From positions 27,944-91,943 of the forward strand of contig JBEIPA010000021.1 of the NCBI GenBank assembly GCA_040377305.1: a stretch of 64,000 nt of DNA, written 5' to 3'. The notes under the pieces are model-generated. The model had not been told where the DNA came from. It ran no database searches and saw nothing but the letters and a program-made list of their open reading frames with translations. Numbering within the stretch: position 1 is the first letter of the stretch; every line of letters begins with the position of its first letter. The stretch comes from Flavobacteriales bacterium. Lineage in GTDB: Bacteria; Bacteroidota; Bacteroidia; Palsa-965. Of this stretch, positions 18,657 through 29,153 are shown in pieces. Both the position numbers and the translations under genes were made by a program.

Positions 18657-19382
18657 CTAAGGTTTCAGCTTGGATTTCATATCGCGGATGAAATCAGGAT
18701 CGGGTAGAACGTGTATGCCAAATCCTGAATCGGGCGCCATGAACTTCTTCCGCGCTGATGCATGGAATTCGTTGCAGGTTGTTTGAGACGCAATGGCCGT
18801 AATGTTCGCCGGATTGAGTCCCCCGGCAACCAGTATGGTAATCTCATTCCCGAAATTCTCATGAAGTTTACGAAGCAACGGAATGCCCATTGCTGCAGAT
18901 TTCTCCTGCGCCGAGGTCAGTACACGCTTTACGCCAAGATTAATCAGCTTCTTGATCTCTATCTGTGGGTGAATGCACACGTCAAATGCTCTGTGGAACG
19001 TTACGGGTCGACCTTCAGCAATGTGCATCACTTCTTCCATAAATTTCTCATCAATCATGCCGTTCGACATGAGCGCACCAGTTACAATACCATCGGCTCC
19101 GGCTGCAATACTCAAGGTCATGTCGTGGAACATGATCTCTTTCTCACCTTCAGAGAATGCAAAGTTGCCGCCTCGTGGGCGCACCATGACCTGCACAGGA
19201 ATCCCAACGTTGGACTTTACATACTGGATGGTGGCTGCGGTGGGAGTGAGGCCACCTTCTACATACCCGCTGCACAATTCAATACGGTCGGCACCACATT
19301 CGGCTGCTATCAAAGCACCTTCGGGACTGAAGACCGCTATTTCTAATACTTTACTCAAGGTTGTAGGTGGCTGCTCAGTCAT
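18657..19382 (-). CDS. cutC: CutC family protein
   Basis: GADRIELC...EGGLTP...MVRPRGGNF...TFHRAFD...RVLTS...GG...FHAS. Confidence 0.93.
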   Translation of the reverse strand: MTEQPPTTLSKVLEIAVFSPEGALIAAECGADRIELCSGYVEGGLTPTAATIQYVKSNVGIPVQVMVRPRGGNFAFSEGEKEIMFHDMTLSIAAGADGIVTGALMSNGMIDEKFMEEVMHIAEGRPVTFHRAFDVCIHPQIEIKKLINLGVKRVLTSAQEKSAAMGIPLLRKLHENFGNEITILVAGGLNPANITAIASQTTCNEFHASARKKFMAPDSGFGIHVLPDPDFIRDMKSKLKP

Positions 19383-19445
19383 TGACTAAGAACCACGATT
19401 GCTAAATTAGAGTATGCATGAGTTCGGAAATTCCTTAAATGATAC

Positions 19446-19453
19446 TACTTTTG
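19446..19453 (+). promoter_or_regulatory. Bacteroidota housekeeping -7 box (TAnnTTTG)
   Basis: TACTTTTG upstream of the SET-domain gene. Confidence 0.55.
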
Positions 19454-19520
19454 CGCACCCAATTGTTAATTGGTGGTGTCGGCTTTCCGACTTCTCACCG
19501 TAAAAAAAAGAACGCATCGT

Positions 19521-20003
19521 ATGTTGGTTGTAAAGAAGTCTAGAATCAAAGGAGCTGGTATGGGGCTCTTCACTACCAGTAAAATCCGGAAGGGTGATGT
19601 CATTGTCGAGTACAAAGGCGTAAAGTCAACCTGGGATAAGGCGATGAAAAAGTACAAGGGTGATGTCAAAGCCGCTCGCTATATCTTTCACATTACTGAC
19701 AAGAATACAATTGATGCCCAGTTCACGCCTGAGGAACTTGCCCGTTACGCTAACGATGCCGAAGCTCCTATCGGAAAGAAGAAGCCGCGTTTCAAGAACA
19801 ACTCACACTACGAGGTAATCAAGAGCCGGCCGTATATCGTGGCTGCAAAAACGATTGGAGCAGGCGCTGAGATCTTTGTAGATTACTCTGGCGATTATTG
19901 GGAAGTGATGTTGGAAGAGGAAGAGGACACAAAGGCCGAGAAGAAGAAAGCGGAGAAGAAGAAATCGAAGAAGAAATCGAAGAAAAAGTCGAAGAAGAAG
20001 TAA
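19521..20003 (+). CDS. SET-domain protein (putative lysine methyltransferase) with acidic plus Lys-rich tail
   Basis: KSRIKGAGMGLF, IVEYKG, ARYANDA, GAEIFVDY...YW; tail EEEEDTKAEKKKAEKKKSKKKSKKKSKKK. Confidence 0.88.
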   Translation: MLVVKKSRIKGAGMGLFTTSKIRKGDVIVEYKGVKSTWDKAMKKYKGDVKAARYIFHITDKNTIDAQFTPEELARYANDAEAPIGKKKPRFKNNSHYEVIKSRPYIVAAKTIGAGAEIFVDYSGDYWEVMLEEEEDTKAEKKKAEKKKSKKKSKKKSKKK

Positions 20004-20009
20004 ACGACT

Positions 20010-22301
20010 TTACTCCACAATTATTTCTGAAACGAATAGCCACGCGGGATAACCTGAACCGGGACTTCCCATAGGTATTATTCCCCTGCCTTGCACTATA
20101 ACTTTCACATAGCGTGCAGGGAATCGTTCCCTGGTGTCAACTTCGATATCGGGTTCTCCACTCGCCGAAAGAATAACAGGCAATCCGGTCATTCTCTCAT
20201 AGTGAATTCCATCTACAGAAGTGTAAACATTGGTAATTGAAGGTCTCCAAATCCAGCTGCCTTCGTCGTGCAGACTGTAAATTCCAACGCGCCGAATAGA
20301 ATCGACCTTTCCCAAATCAATCACAACATCCAGTGTATCGCCCCACCAGCCGAGCCATTCACTGCCTGTCCACGGTGTTCTGCCTGTGATTCCATCAACC
20401 AATGAAAACGCGCCGCCTGTGTTGTATGCAGGAGCCGGTTGCTTTCTCAGCGTAACCGTTTTGCCCATCGCTTTGTGGTAACGAAACGATTGCGTGAAAT
20501 CATTGCCCATGCGCTCTTCCCCAGTGAAAATGCATGCACGTAAACTACGCGAACTTGTAATCAGAATAGGTTCGTAGTACGCAGAATCGCCGAGGTTAAC
20601 CATTCCTCCGTAGTTGTATCGAATGTCGCCGTATGGAGCAATTGTACTTAGCGAAAGTAAAATACCGTTTCCATTGGGCGCCGGCGAATACGTTGCATCG
20701 ATGTCGTAAATCGCGCGTGAGTAATTTGCACGCATGTTGCTGTAAAAATCCATGTGCCGAATTGCACGGGATAAAAACTCGTCGTAATTCTTGATTTCTT
20801 TCCGACTCCACGCTACTTCCGAAAGTGCAGCCATGCGGGGAAAAATCATGTATTCTACCTGTGCAAATGTTGGAATGTATTCAGTCCACAAATTTGCCTG
20901 CACGCCTAAGATGTGCTTCTTTTCAGTTTCAGTGAGTGACGCAGGAACCGGATCGTAGCTATACACCTTGTTTAATGGAAGATAACCTCCAATGGCTAAC
21001 GGCTCACCCGGATTTTTCGACTGATAATAATCGAAGTAACAGTGACTCACCGGTGTCATCACTACATCGTGATGCGATTTCGCTGCAGCAATTCCACCAT
21101 CTTCACCACGCCACGACATTACAGCAGCACCATCAGCTAATCCGCCTTCGAGAATTTCATCCCAGCCAATTGCTTTCTTATTCTTTGTGCCGAGATAAGT
21201 AACAATACGCTGAATGAAATAGCTCTGCAGTTCATCTTCGTCTTTCAGATGGTTATCTTTCATGAAGTTCTGACAGAATTCGGATTTGCTCCATTCTTCT
21301 TTCGGACATTCATCGCCTCCGATATGAATGTACTTTCCGGGGAACAACAGGCAGACTTCATCAAGAATTCCTTTCAGCGTAGAGAAGGTTTCTTCCCTCG
21401 GCCACATCACTTCGGTGAATACACCCCATGTACCTGCCGCATTTTGTTTCGCACCCGATCCAAGTTCGGGATAAGCAGAAAGCAATGCTCTTGCGTGTCC
21501 CGGCATTTCAATTTCAGGAACAACGGTGATGTGCAATGAATCGGCAAAACGAACCACTTCTTTGATTTCTTCCTGCGTATAATATCCACCGTAGCGGGTG
21601 CGATCATACCTGTCTACGGGCTCGCTGAAATGTCCAAGCAAAGTCGAATCTCGCCAGCCTCCAATCGAAGTAAGCAAGGGGTACTTTTTAATTTCAATTC
21701 TCCAGCCCTGATCATCCGTCAAATGCCAATGAAAAGTATTCAGCTTGTACATGGCCATGTAACGGAGATATTGCTTGACATAGTCTTTCTGAAAGAAATG
21801 TCTGGCTACATCGAGATGCATTCCTCTCCACGAGAAGCGCGGATAATCAATGATATTACACGAAGGAATAATCCATTCGCCCTGATTCACTCCGGGTTGA
21901 ATGAGTTGAAATAGCGATTCAAGGGCATAGAAAACTCCAGCCTTTGATCCGTAAATGTTGATGTCATTCTTGTTGATGAACATCATGTATCCTTCCGGAG
22001 GTATGGAAGCCGAGTCGAGCCAGATGTAAATGCAGCTCCTGTAGCCCTCTGATTTCGTATGACGAATATCGAGTCCGTAGTACTTCTGGACTTTATCACG
22101 AAACTGTTGCGTTTCTTTCTTCACTGCAGAAACGCTTGAGCGGTCTTCCACGAAGAAAGCAACTTCATTGTTCAGGTTGAAGTCACCAGACAATGCAAGA
22201 AGTGTTTGTGGTTTCGGAATAACCGGATAACGCAGAAGAAATTGCGAAGAACCGGGAATCGCAATCAGCGTCAAAAGGAAAACGGTAAGCAGTTTCCTCA
22301 T
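20010..22301 (-). CDS. Beta-N-acetylhexosaminidase GH20 with C-terminal F5/8-type domain
   Basis: DYPRFSWRGMHLDVARHF, HWHLTDDQGWR, PEIEMPGH, HIGGDE, GVQANLWTEY. Confidence 0.94.
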   Translation of the reverse strand: MRKLLTVFLLTLIAIPGSSQFLLRYPVIPKPQTLLALSGDFNLNNEVAFFVEDRSSVSAVKKETQQFRDKVQKYYGLDIRHTKSEGYRSCIYIWLDSASIPPEGYMMFINKNDINIYGSKAGVFYALESLFQLIQPGVNQGEWIIPSCNIIDYPRFSWRGMHLDVARHFFQKDYVKQYLRYMAMYKLNTFHWHLTDDQGWRIEIKKYPLLTSIGGWRDSTLLGHFSEPVDRYDRTRYGGYYTQEEIKEVVRFADSLHITVVPEIEMPGHARALLSAYPELGSGAKQNAAGTWGVFTEVMWPREETFSTLKGILDEVCLLFPGKYIHIGGDECPKEEWSKSEFCQNFMKDNHLKDEDELQSYFIQRIVTYLGTKNKKAIGWDEILEGGLADGAAVMSWRGEDGGIAAAKSHHDVVMTPVSHCYFDYYQSKNPGEPLAIGGYLPLNKVYSYDPVPASLTETEKKHILGVQANLWTEYIPTFAQVEYMIFPRMAALSEVAWSRKEIKNYDEFLSRAIRHMDFYSNMRANYSRAIYDIDATYSPAPNGNGILLSLSTIAPYGDIRYNYGGMVNLGDSAYYEPILITSSRSLRACIFTGEERMGNDFTQSFRYHKAMGKTVTLRKQPAPAYNTGGAFSLVDGITGRTPWTGSEWLGWWGDTLDVVIDLGKVDSIRRVGIYSLHDEGSWIWRPSITNVYTSVDGIHYERMTGLPVILSASGEPDIEVDTRERFPARYVKVIVQGRGIIPMGSPGSGYPAWLFVSEIIVE

Positions 22302-22759
22302 TCCTCGTAATAATCAACCATTACTCCATCGATACCCGGAGTTATTTCCAACTGCGTATCACCAAAGTCGAGCATGATCGCTTTGTTGCTGTATATATTA
22401 TCACCTTCGTGAGCAACACCGAGCTTAATCAGTTTTTTGTTTACTGCATTTTCCCAAAGTGCATTGGTGTTCATGCTCTCCGATTGTATATCAATCTTAC
22501 CACCGAACTCATGAAGCAACATCAGCCGATACTTCTCTCCGTCGAAATCATCAGCAAGCGTTAAACCGGCTTCATCGGTTTCAGAAGCGGTGATTATAAG
22601 ATTGTGACCTTCGAACTGCAACTCGAGTTTATCGAGAAATTCAAATCGCTCGTTAGAATCGGTTTTGTTGATCCAAAGATGATACAACACGTTCTTCAGC
22701 ACACGCCCTTCCGCTGCTTTGAGTTGTTTGAGGTGATCGTATGAAAAATATTCTGACAT
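22298..22759 (-). CDS. Hypothetical protein
   Basis: 153-aa ORF overlapping the GH20 start (ATGA). Confidence 0.75.
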   Translation of the reverse strand: MSEYFSYDHLKQLKAAEGRVLKNVLYHLWINKTDSNERFEFLDKLELQFEGHNLIITASETDEAGLTLADDFDGEKYRLMLLHEFGGKIDIQSESMNTNALWENAVNKKLIKLGVAHEGDNIYSNKAIMLDFGDTQLEITPGIDGVMVDYYEE

Positions 22760-22765
22760 AGAATT

Positions 22766-22836
22766 GGCAGTAAGGCATTAAGGCATTTGGGCATTAAAGA
22801 ATTCAGAAAACCTGAGTGCCCTAATGCCCCATTGCC
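22766..22836. repeat. Octamer array plus inverted array (GGCATTAA-like x4 / x3)
   Basis: GGCAGTAA GGCATTAA GGCATTTG GGCATTAA ... TGAGTGCC CTAATGCC CCATTGCC. Confidence 0.7.
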
Positions 22837-22840
22837 GATA

Positions 22841-24001
22841 TTATTTCAACCCCATTTTAGTCGCGATGTCTTTCGGGACCGCACTCTTGTGCACCAGAAT
22901 ACTCGTTGTCTTATACTGGAAATACGGCATTGAAACGTAAATGTAACCACCTGTTTCATTTGCTTCCGTTCCCCAGGAATTCTTCACGATAAGATATTTC
23001 TTTCCGGTCTGATCAAGACACTGTCCGGTAATCTGCATTCCGTGATCGTCTTGTGTGCTGAGATTATCAAAAGCTTCCTGACGCGCGAGCTGTGTAATCA
23101 TACGTTCCTTGCAGGGAAACATCCACAACGAATCTTTTTCCCCGGCGCGCATTTTGTCCCAATCTTTTTCAGGCACAACCGCAATTCCGTTTTTGTGTGA
23201 GAAATATTTCTCAGATACATCAGTTCCCCATTCTACCGTATAACCGTTTGCAGTGGCATTGTCAGTAATTGAACTCATTTCTTCGATCGACACATTGTAA
23301 GAAGATTCCCACGCCCAGTTGTCCGGAATCTCCAGTGCGAAACGTGTGTAGAACGGATGATGCGTGAATGATGTCACAGAAATGTAATCTGCTGCATTAA
23401 ATCCTAAGGAAGCAGCGTACGTTTTCGGATCGTACGTTTTAGTGCCAATCTGGAAAGTTGCTGGCGGCACTCCGAGATAACCGTCGAGTGCTCCGATGTA
23501 AGCGTTCAACCAGTTCGGACTAAGCTTTCCTTCATCGAGTTTTAACTGCGCATCCAGAATTGCTTTCAGCACCGCGTCCATTTCAGCGTGACGCACTTTC
23601 TCTTCGCCCAATGGCAATCCGACGTAAGCATATTGTGGCATCAATCCGTAGGTCGCTGCCAGATTAATTACATCTATAGGTTCTCCACCCGGACCGAATT
23701 GCGATTTGCCCATCAGGCGCATGTAGTGCTTTGCTTTCTCAATATATCCCACGCGAACGATCCACATTTCCGACAGATCAACTTCTCCTTTTCCCTGTCG
23801 AATAAATTCAGATTCAAGGAACGAATGCGTTGAAAATACCCAACACGTTGAAGAGTGGTATTGATCTTTCACAGAAGTACCTTTCGCTTCTTTCACAGCA
23901 CTAAACTTAATCTGTGAATCTTTTTTGTTCGTGCGTTCCTGAGCATTGACAGAAACAACCAACGACATTGCGCAAAGCGCTGTAAATACTAGTTTATTCA
24001 T
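22841..24001 (-). CDS. C1-family cysteine aminopeptidase (PepC/bleomycin hydrolase-like), exported
   Basis: VKDQYHSSTCWVFS (Gln/Cys), TQDDHGMQITG (His), VKNSWG (Asn); signal peptide. Confidence 0.9.
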   Translation of the reverse strand: MNKLVFTALCAMSLVVSVNAQERTNKKDSQIKFSAVKEAKGTSVKDQYHSSTCWVFSTHSFLESEFIRQGKGEVDLSEMWIVRVGYIEKAKHYMRLMGKSQFGPGGEPIDVINLAATYGLMPQYAYVGLPLGEEKVRHAEMDAVLKAILDAQLKLDEGKLSPNWLNAYIGALDGYLGVPPATFQIGTKTYDPKTYAASLGFNAADYISVTSFTHHPFYTRFALEIPDNWAWESSYNVSIEEMSSITDNATANGYTVEWGTDVSEKYFSHKNGIAVVPEKDWDKMRAGEKDSLWMFPCKERMITQLARQEAFDNLSTQDDHGMQITGQCLDQTGKKYLIVKNSWGTEANETGGYIYVSMPYFQYKTTSILVHKSAVPKDIATKMGLK

Positions 24002-24165
24002 GCGTTAATATTTTTCAATCCTGAATTCGTGAACTGCACCGTTGACTCCTTTTATTCTTTGAAGGTTTCATTGGTAAAACGCCTCATTTTTGAGGTTCCC
24101 GAAGGTAATAAAACCAGGGGATTGAACCGCCGAATAGACTATATTTGACCAGCAAAATTCGACCA

Positions 24166-26064
24166 ATGATGAAACGTTTACTACTAGCAGGACTCTTGTT
24201 CTGCACAATGCCGGTTTATTCGCAGTTCTCAGGAAATGCACTCGACTTCGACGGTGCAAATGATATGGTTGTGGTGCCCTCTGTGCCTGCACTTTTTGGT
24301 ACACTAGGAAGCAGCGACTTCACTGTAGAAGCGTGGGTTTATCCAAGGACAGCTGTATTCAGTCGTATTTTCTACGCGCAGTTTGCGACGAATAATTTTG
24401 CCACGGTTTCTACGGGCGGAACAGCGAATATTTATTTCTACGTGATCGTGAATGGCACTACTTATAGTGTTGCCACTTCTGCAAACATGCCGCTCAACCA
24501 ATGGACACATGTTACCGCGAGATGGACTGCATCAACATTAACACCTCAAGTGTTTTATAACGGTGTTTTGCAGACTGGTATAAACGGCGGAACGTCTAGT
24601 ACGGGTACCAGCGGTCTCACCGTACTTGGGAGTCGTCCTGGCGGAGCGCAGTATTTTCCAGGTTCTATGGATGAAGTTCGTTTGTGGTCTGAAGCAAGAA
24701 CACAATGCGAGATCAGCAACAATTATATGCACAGCATAACAGGAGTTCAGCCAAACCTGGTGATGAATTACGATTTTAATCAAGGTGTACCTGCAGGAAA
24801 TAACACGGGTGTCATCACATTACCAGACAATTCAGGCAATGGTTACAACGGTACACTATCTAATTTTACACTTACTGCTGCTACATCCAATTGGATTGCA
24901 TCCACTGCAACAGTAACGACACAAGGAAATCCTCTCGGTGGTATAATGACTACTCAAACGGCAAGTGTATGCAGCGGCGGTTCATTTACTTTCCCTGACG
25001 GAACAACGCAAACGAACATCACTTCTACTGCAACACATACGAGCACGCTCACTACGGTAACCGGATGCGACAGTATCATCAATTCCACCGTGAACGTGCT
25101 TCAATCAACAACTTTTGCAGAAACGAATGCGGTTTGCAGTGGAAATAGCTACACATTCCCTGACGGAAATACAACGACGAACATTACATCGCAGGTTGTT
25201 TATGTGAGCACACTGATGAATGTTGCCGGTTGCGACAGTGTCATTACGACTACGGTGAATGTAAATCCCGTATATGCAGTGAATGACACGGCATGGATTT
25301 GTTACGGCATGGATTATACTTTTCCTGACGGAACCTCTTTCGTTGCAATCACAGCACCCATGTCACATACCAGCGCGTTAAGTTCAATCAACACGTGTGA
25401 CAGTGTTGTAACAACTTATCTTGATTTGCATCCTGTTTATGCCGTAATGGATACTGCGTGGATTTGCTTCGGTGGCACTTACACATTCCACGACGGTTCA
25501 ACACTAACCGGAATTACTTCACCGACGTCGCATTTAAGTCAGCTTGCAACGCTCAACGGTTGCGATAGCATATTCGATACGCATGTCGGTATCATCAGTG
25601 TAGACACTGCAGTAACCATGCTGAATGAAACGTTGACTGCGAGTGCCAGCGGAGCGATTTACCAATGGCTCGATTGCAACAACAGCATGGCACCGATCGC
25701 AGGAGAAACGAATTCTACATTCACGGCAACTGTTAACGGAAGCTACGCGCTTGCGGTTACTGAGAATGGGTGTACTGATACGAGCAGTTGCTTTGTGATC
25801 TTATCGACTGGTGTTGCACAAGTGTTTGATAACTCTGCGATTTCATTCTATCCGAATCCGGCTCAGGATTTCATTACGGTTTCCTGCAACAATGAAATTA
25901 CCGGAACCATTATTGTTACAACGCTTACTGGCCAGGTTGTGATCACGGAAGCGATCAATGGTTCAAGTGTACAGCTGAATCTTGCAGAACTTGCTCGCGG
26001 CACTTACTTGGTAACCGTGCAAACAGAACAGGGTAGAGTAGTGGAGAAGGTGATCCGAAACTAA
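24166..26064 (+). CDS. LamG/concanavalin-like domain protein with four ~55-aa repeats and a T9SS type A domain
   Basis: NALDFDG..D, FTVEAWV, NQWTHV, GSMDEVRLW; repeats C.G..YTFPDG...CDS; FYPNPA...GTYLVTV...KVIRN. Confidence 0.88.
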   Translation: MMKRLLLAGLLFCTMPVYSQFSGNALDFDGANDMVVVPSVPALFGTLGSSDFTVEAWVYPRTAVFSRIFYAQFATNNFATVSTGGTANIYFYVIVNGTTYSVATSANMPLNQWTHVTARWTASTLTPQVFYNGVLQTGINGGTSSTGTSGLTVLGSRPGGAQYFPGSMDEVRLWSEARTQCEISNNYMHSITGVQPNLVMNYDFNQGVPAGNNTGVITLPDNSGNGYNGTLSNFTLTAATSNWIASTATVTTQGNPLGGIMTTQTASVCSGGSFTFPDGTTQTNITSTATHTSTLTTVTGCDSIINSTVNVLQSTTFAETNAVCSGNSYTFPDGNTTTNITSQVVYVSTLMNVAGCDSVITTTVNVNPVYAVNDTAWICYGMDYTFPDGTSFVAITAPMSHTSALSSINTCDSVVTTYLDLHPVYAVMDTAWICFGGTYTFHDGSTLTGITSPTSHLSQLATLNGCDSIFDTHVGIISVDTAVTMLNETLTASASGAIYQWLDCNNSMAPIAGETNSTFTATVNGSYALAVTENGCTDTSSCFVILSTGVAQVFDNSAISFYPNPAQDFITVSCNNEITGTIIVTTLTGQVVITEAINGSSVQLNLAELARGTYLVTVQTEQGRVVEKVIRN

Positions 26065-29000
26065 TGAGGAAATATTTTGCGCTCCATCTCAGGTTTGAGG
26101 TGGGCGCGCAAACCCGTCCACGGTACGAACACTACAGGACGATCAGGAAGTACCTCATCGTTCGTATTTTTTCTCCACGCCGGGTAGAGCATAGTTCCTC
26201 TTGCGTCTACGGCGTAGCTGTCGCTTAATAGATTTGGAATCAAACCAGGTTTGCTGCAATCAGCATCGATTCCAGGATGAGCTTTCAGATAATTCATTAC
26301 CGAGTCTATGATGATTTGTTTCCAGGCAGTATCTGCAAACAGGGAGAACAAATCCTGAGTAACCGGACCTTTCGGAGTCTGCAAAACATTAGAAGTTGTT
26401 AGGCTGTATCCGGTCCAGGGCGAACGATAATTTCCCCAACCATAATTGCGTTTGGTCTGAACAGACATAAAGGAATCGGAAAGGAACACGATGATGTATT
26501 CCGATTGGTTTGCACGCGAATCGTAGTGAATGCGCGACGAACTATTGCAAGCACACGGGCTGGACTGTCCGGAACAATAATTTCTGTAGTCGTGGAAATT
26601 TGTTGACGTCAGTGTTGCGTTGAATATCCACAACGACTGCCATGCATTCAACGACCTCGAAACCGGCTTAGAAATGCTGACAAATTTCATGTTGCGCTGT
26701 CGTTGCGAAAGTCCGCTTTGATAAGACAGTTCTGCAGGTTGGCTGAGCATCATCTGGACAACATTTTTGTATGCACCTGTATCTGTAGACGCGAGCCCCG
26801 AATTCGCGGAGAAGACTGTATAGTCTTTTTCGGTGTTCGAAAAAATATAAGTTTCAATGGCCTGTCTTTTACCATTTACATTTCCAAAGCGGCATTCAGT
26901 CATGTGGATACGTTTGTACTTGCAGTCCACAATAACTTGTCCCTGGTGATCTGCAACACCTGCGTTCCCATTGCAATCGATCATCGCAAAATATTTTAGT
27001 GAATCGTCGAGCTCAATAATTTCACTGTATATGGCCGGTAAAAGCGTATACAATGTTGTCGCATCAATCATTCCCATTCCACTTTGCGTATGGATGATTC
27101 TCATTCCTCTGCCGAATGTAAACGGTTGTGTAAGGCGTAGCGAGCTGTCCACAATCATTTCGCCGGTGGTCAGTTTCATCGCGCTCCACAGTGGCCGGCA
27201 ATTAAAGTCGCTCCGTTGCAGGGATGTTCCGGTTTTTTCCAACCAAGCGGTGTCTGAATTCGATAATGAAATTTCTGTCCACACGGTGTCAAGAATGAAC
27301 TTGCCTGTTGAATCGATCAATCCGAATTTCCCCGTAAAGGTGTGGAGTAAGTACACTTTTTGTTTCTTATAATTCTGGTTATGGTGTACGTAACGATAAG
27401 AACCAGGTGGAACAATAACATGGCCTGAAGACGACAGAATACCGAAACCACTTTTAACGTCTCCGAAAACAATGTTGCCACTTGATTCTTCCTTCGTTGC
27501 ATATCTCCACATTCTGCCTGATAGTGAATCGTAAACCAGTTCGATTTTCTCGCCTGTCGTATAATCATCCTCCTCACGGTATTCATACGGATAATATTTA
27601 TGCAGACCATGATCTACATAAGAAGAGTATCCCGGCACATTTGCATATACCCTCGTGAGATGTTCAATCGTCAATGCAGGTTCTGCAGCGCACATATAGT
27701 AAAACGGATATTTGGATTTCTTCGCTTCAGCAGGAATCTTACCGTAGTCTTTATCCTCCACTTTTACCCAAACCTCTTCGTTGTATCGAATTGCGGTATC
27801 CGGATAAATCGGATAGTAGCCTTCATCGCCCCACCAACCACGCATGTGTCTGATTATGCTGGTATCGCTTCCAAACCATTTCAATGCGGTGCGGTAACTC
27901 AATGCTATGGCATTATCAGCAACACCTGTATTCTGAATCCGGATAGCATCATTTGGCGACCAGAAAATTGTAGTCGTTTTGTTTGTCCAGCTCGTGTCAT
28001 ATACAAACGGAACAATCGTGTCACCAAGCAGATTAATGGCCCCATGTTTACCACCAATTTGACAAACATAGTAGCTGGTTTTAGGTTCGACCAGAGAACG
28101 GAAACGATCGTATTTTGAGGAGATGCACAAGTCGCCAGTATCCAGAACAGGTTGTATGATCCAATTCCCAACGGAATCAGTCAATCCCCATTTCTGATTC
28201 AGCACAACTTCCCAAACCGGAAATTCAAGCGTTTGCAGAAAGTAATGTTCCGGATGACAAACACTATCGAAAATAATAGGAAGTAGTGTGTCGCCGGTGT
28301 ACGACATGACGCCCGACTTGCCCTCTTTAGTTATTGCAGTAACACCAAAGAGAAACATGTAGGAGTCAACTTTACCACCGTAAAACGCCGGTGTACGCCA
28401 GACGTCGTATTCGCACGCGAGAATTTGTTTGAAGTGAGCATCATAATATCCAAACTTCCCTTTACGTGTAACTTCGTATACCCTAAACTGACTTTCGGAA
28501 ATTTTCACATCATCATATACTGCAGGAATAAGCACCACCGCACTATCGTTAATCAAACCTTTTCCAACAGTATATATTTTTTTGCCGGGCTTTTTCGGAT
28601 CGGGAGTTGATTCTGTTTTTCTAAAAGTATACAAGTGAAAGCCGACCATTTCCGGTTCTGTACTAAGTCCTGTCGGATAGATTTTTCCATCCAAATGATA
28701 GAAGCACCAGTAAGATTCATTGTCAAAAACTTTGAAGACATCGTTGTACAGCTCACTAATTCCATTGTACTGCGATGATATTATAACCTGTCCACTGGTG
28801 TCAACCACTCCATATTTCCTGCCGTCGAAAATTTTAAGAAACCGGCGCGATGGAAAGTTGCCATTCACGCCGTTTTCGCGTACAAAATTCAGCGTCTGAT
28901 AGATGGCAGGAATAACTTCCTTGCCTTTTGAATTAATCAATCCGCGCTTTCCGCCACGAATAACAATCCCAACTCCACCAACCAGTGGTTGAATGTCATC

Positions 29001-29147
29001 GTAAATAGGTTGACCAATCCAATTGCCGTTACCGTCCTGTAACCCAACCGTACAATTGTTGTAGTCTTTTACAATGACAGGTTGTTGTGCCGAAAGAAAA
29101 TTCGAAACAATCACCAGCAGTAAAAACGTAATGGAAATTCGCCGCAT
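26061..29147 (-). CDS. WG-repeat-containing exported protein
   Basis: Many K[YFW]G[LV][IV][DN]..G..[IV]IP..Y repeats; signal peptide. Confidence 0.85.
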   Translation of the reverse strand: MRRISITFLLLVIVSNFLSAQQPVIVKDYNNCTVGLQDGNGNWIGQPIYDDIQPLVGGVGIVIRGGKRGLINSKGKEVIPAIYQTLNFVRENGVNGNFPSRRFLKIFDGRKYGVVDTSGQVIISSQYNGISELYNDVFKVFDNESYWCFYHLDGKIYPTGLSTEPEMVGFHLYTFRKTESTPDPKKPGKKIYTVGKGLINDSAVVLIPAVYDDVKISESQFRVYEVTRKGKFGYYDAHFKQILACEYDVWRTPAFYGGKVDSYMFLFGVTAITKEGKSGVMSYTGDTLLPIIFDSVCHPEHYFLQTLEFPVWEVVLNQKWGLTDSVGNWIIQPVLDTGDLCISSKYDRFRSLVEPKTSYYVCQIGGKHGAINLLGDTIVPFVYDTSWTNKTTTIFWSPNDAIRIQNTGVADNAIALSYRTALKWFGSDTSIIRHMRGWWGDEGYYPIYPDTAIRYNEEVWVKVEDKDYGKIPAEAKKSKYPFYYMCAAEPALTIEHLTRVYANVPGYSSYVDHGLHKYYPYEYREEDDYTTGEKIELVYDSLSGRMWRYATKEESSGNIVFGDVKSGFGILSSSGHVIVPPGSYRYVHHNQNYKKQKVYLLHTFTGKFGLIDSTGKFILDTVWTEISLSNSDTAWLEKTGTSLQRSDFNCRPLWSAMKLTTGEMIVDSSLRLTQPFTFGRGMRIIHTQSGMGMIDATTLYTLLPAIYSEIIELDDSLKYFAMIDCNGNAGVADHQGQVIVDCKYKRIHMTECRFGNVNGKRQAIETYIFSNTEKDYTVFSANSGLASTDTGAYKNVVQMMLSQPAELSYQSGLSQRQRNMKFVSISKPVSRSLNAWQSLWIFNATLTSTNFHDYRNYCSGQSSPCACNSSSRIHYDSRANQSEYIIVFLSDSFMSVQTKRNYGWGNYRSPWTGYSLTTSNVLQTPKGPVTQDLFSLFADTAWKQIIIDSVMNYLKAHPGIDADCSKPGLIPNLLSDSYAVDARGTMLYPAWRKNTNDEVLPDRPVVFVPWTGLRAHLKPEMERKIFPH

Positions 29148-29153
29148 TACAGG

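Noticed and set aside
18762-19346. 194-aa + strand ORF and other short overlapping ORFs in the track
   Set aside because: Antisense or out-of-frame to well-supported genes (here cutC), with no independent motifs.
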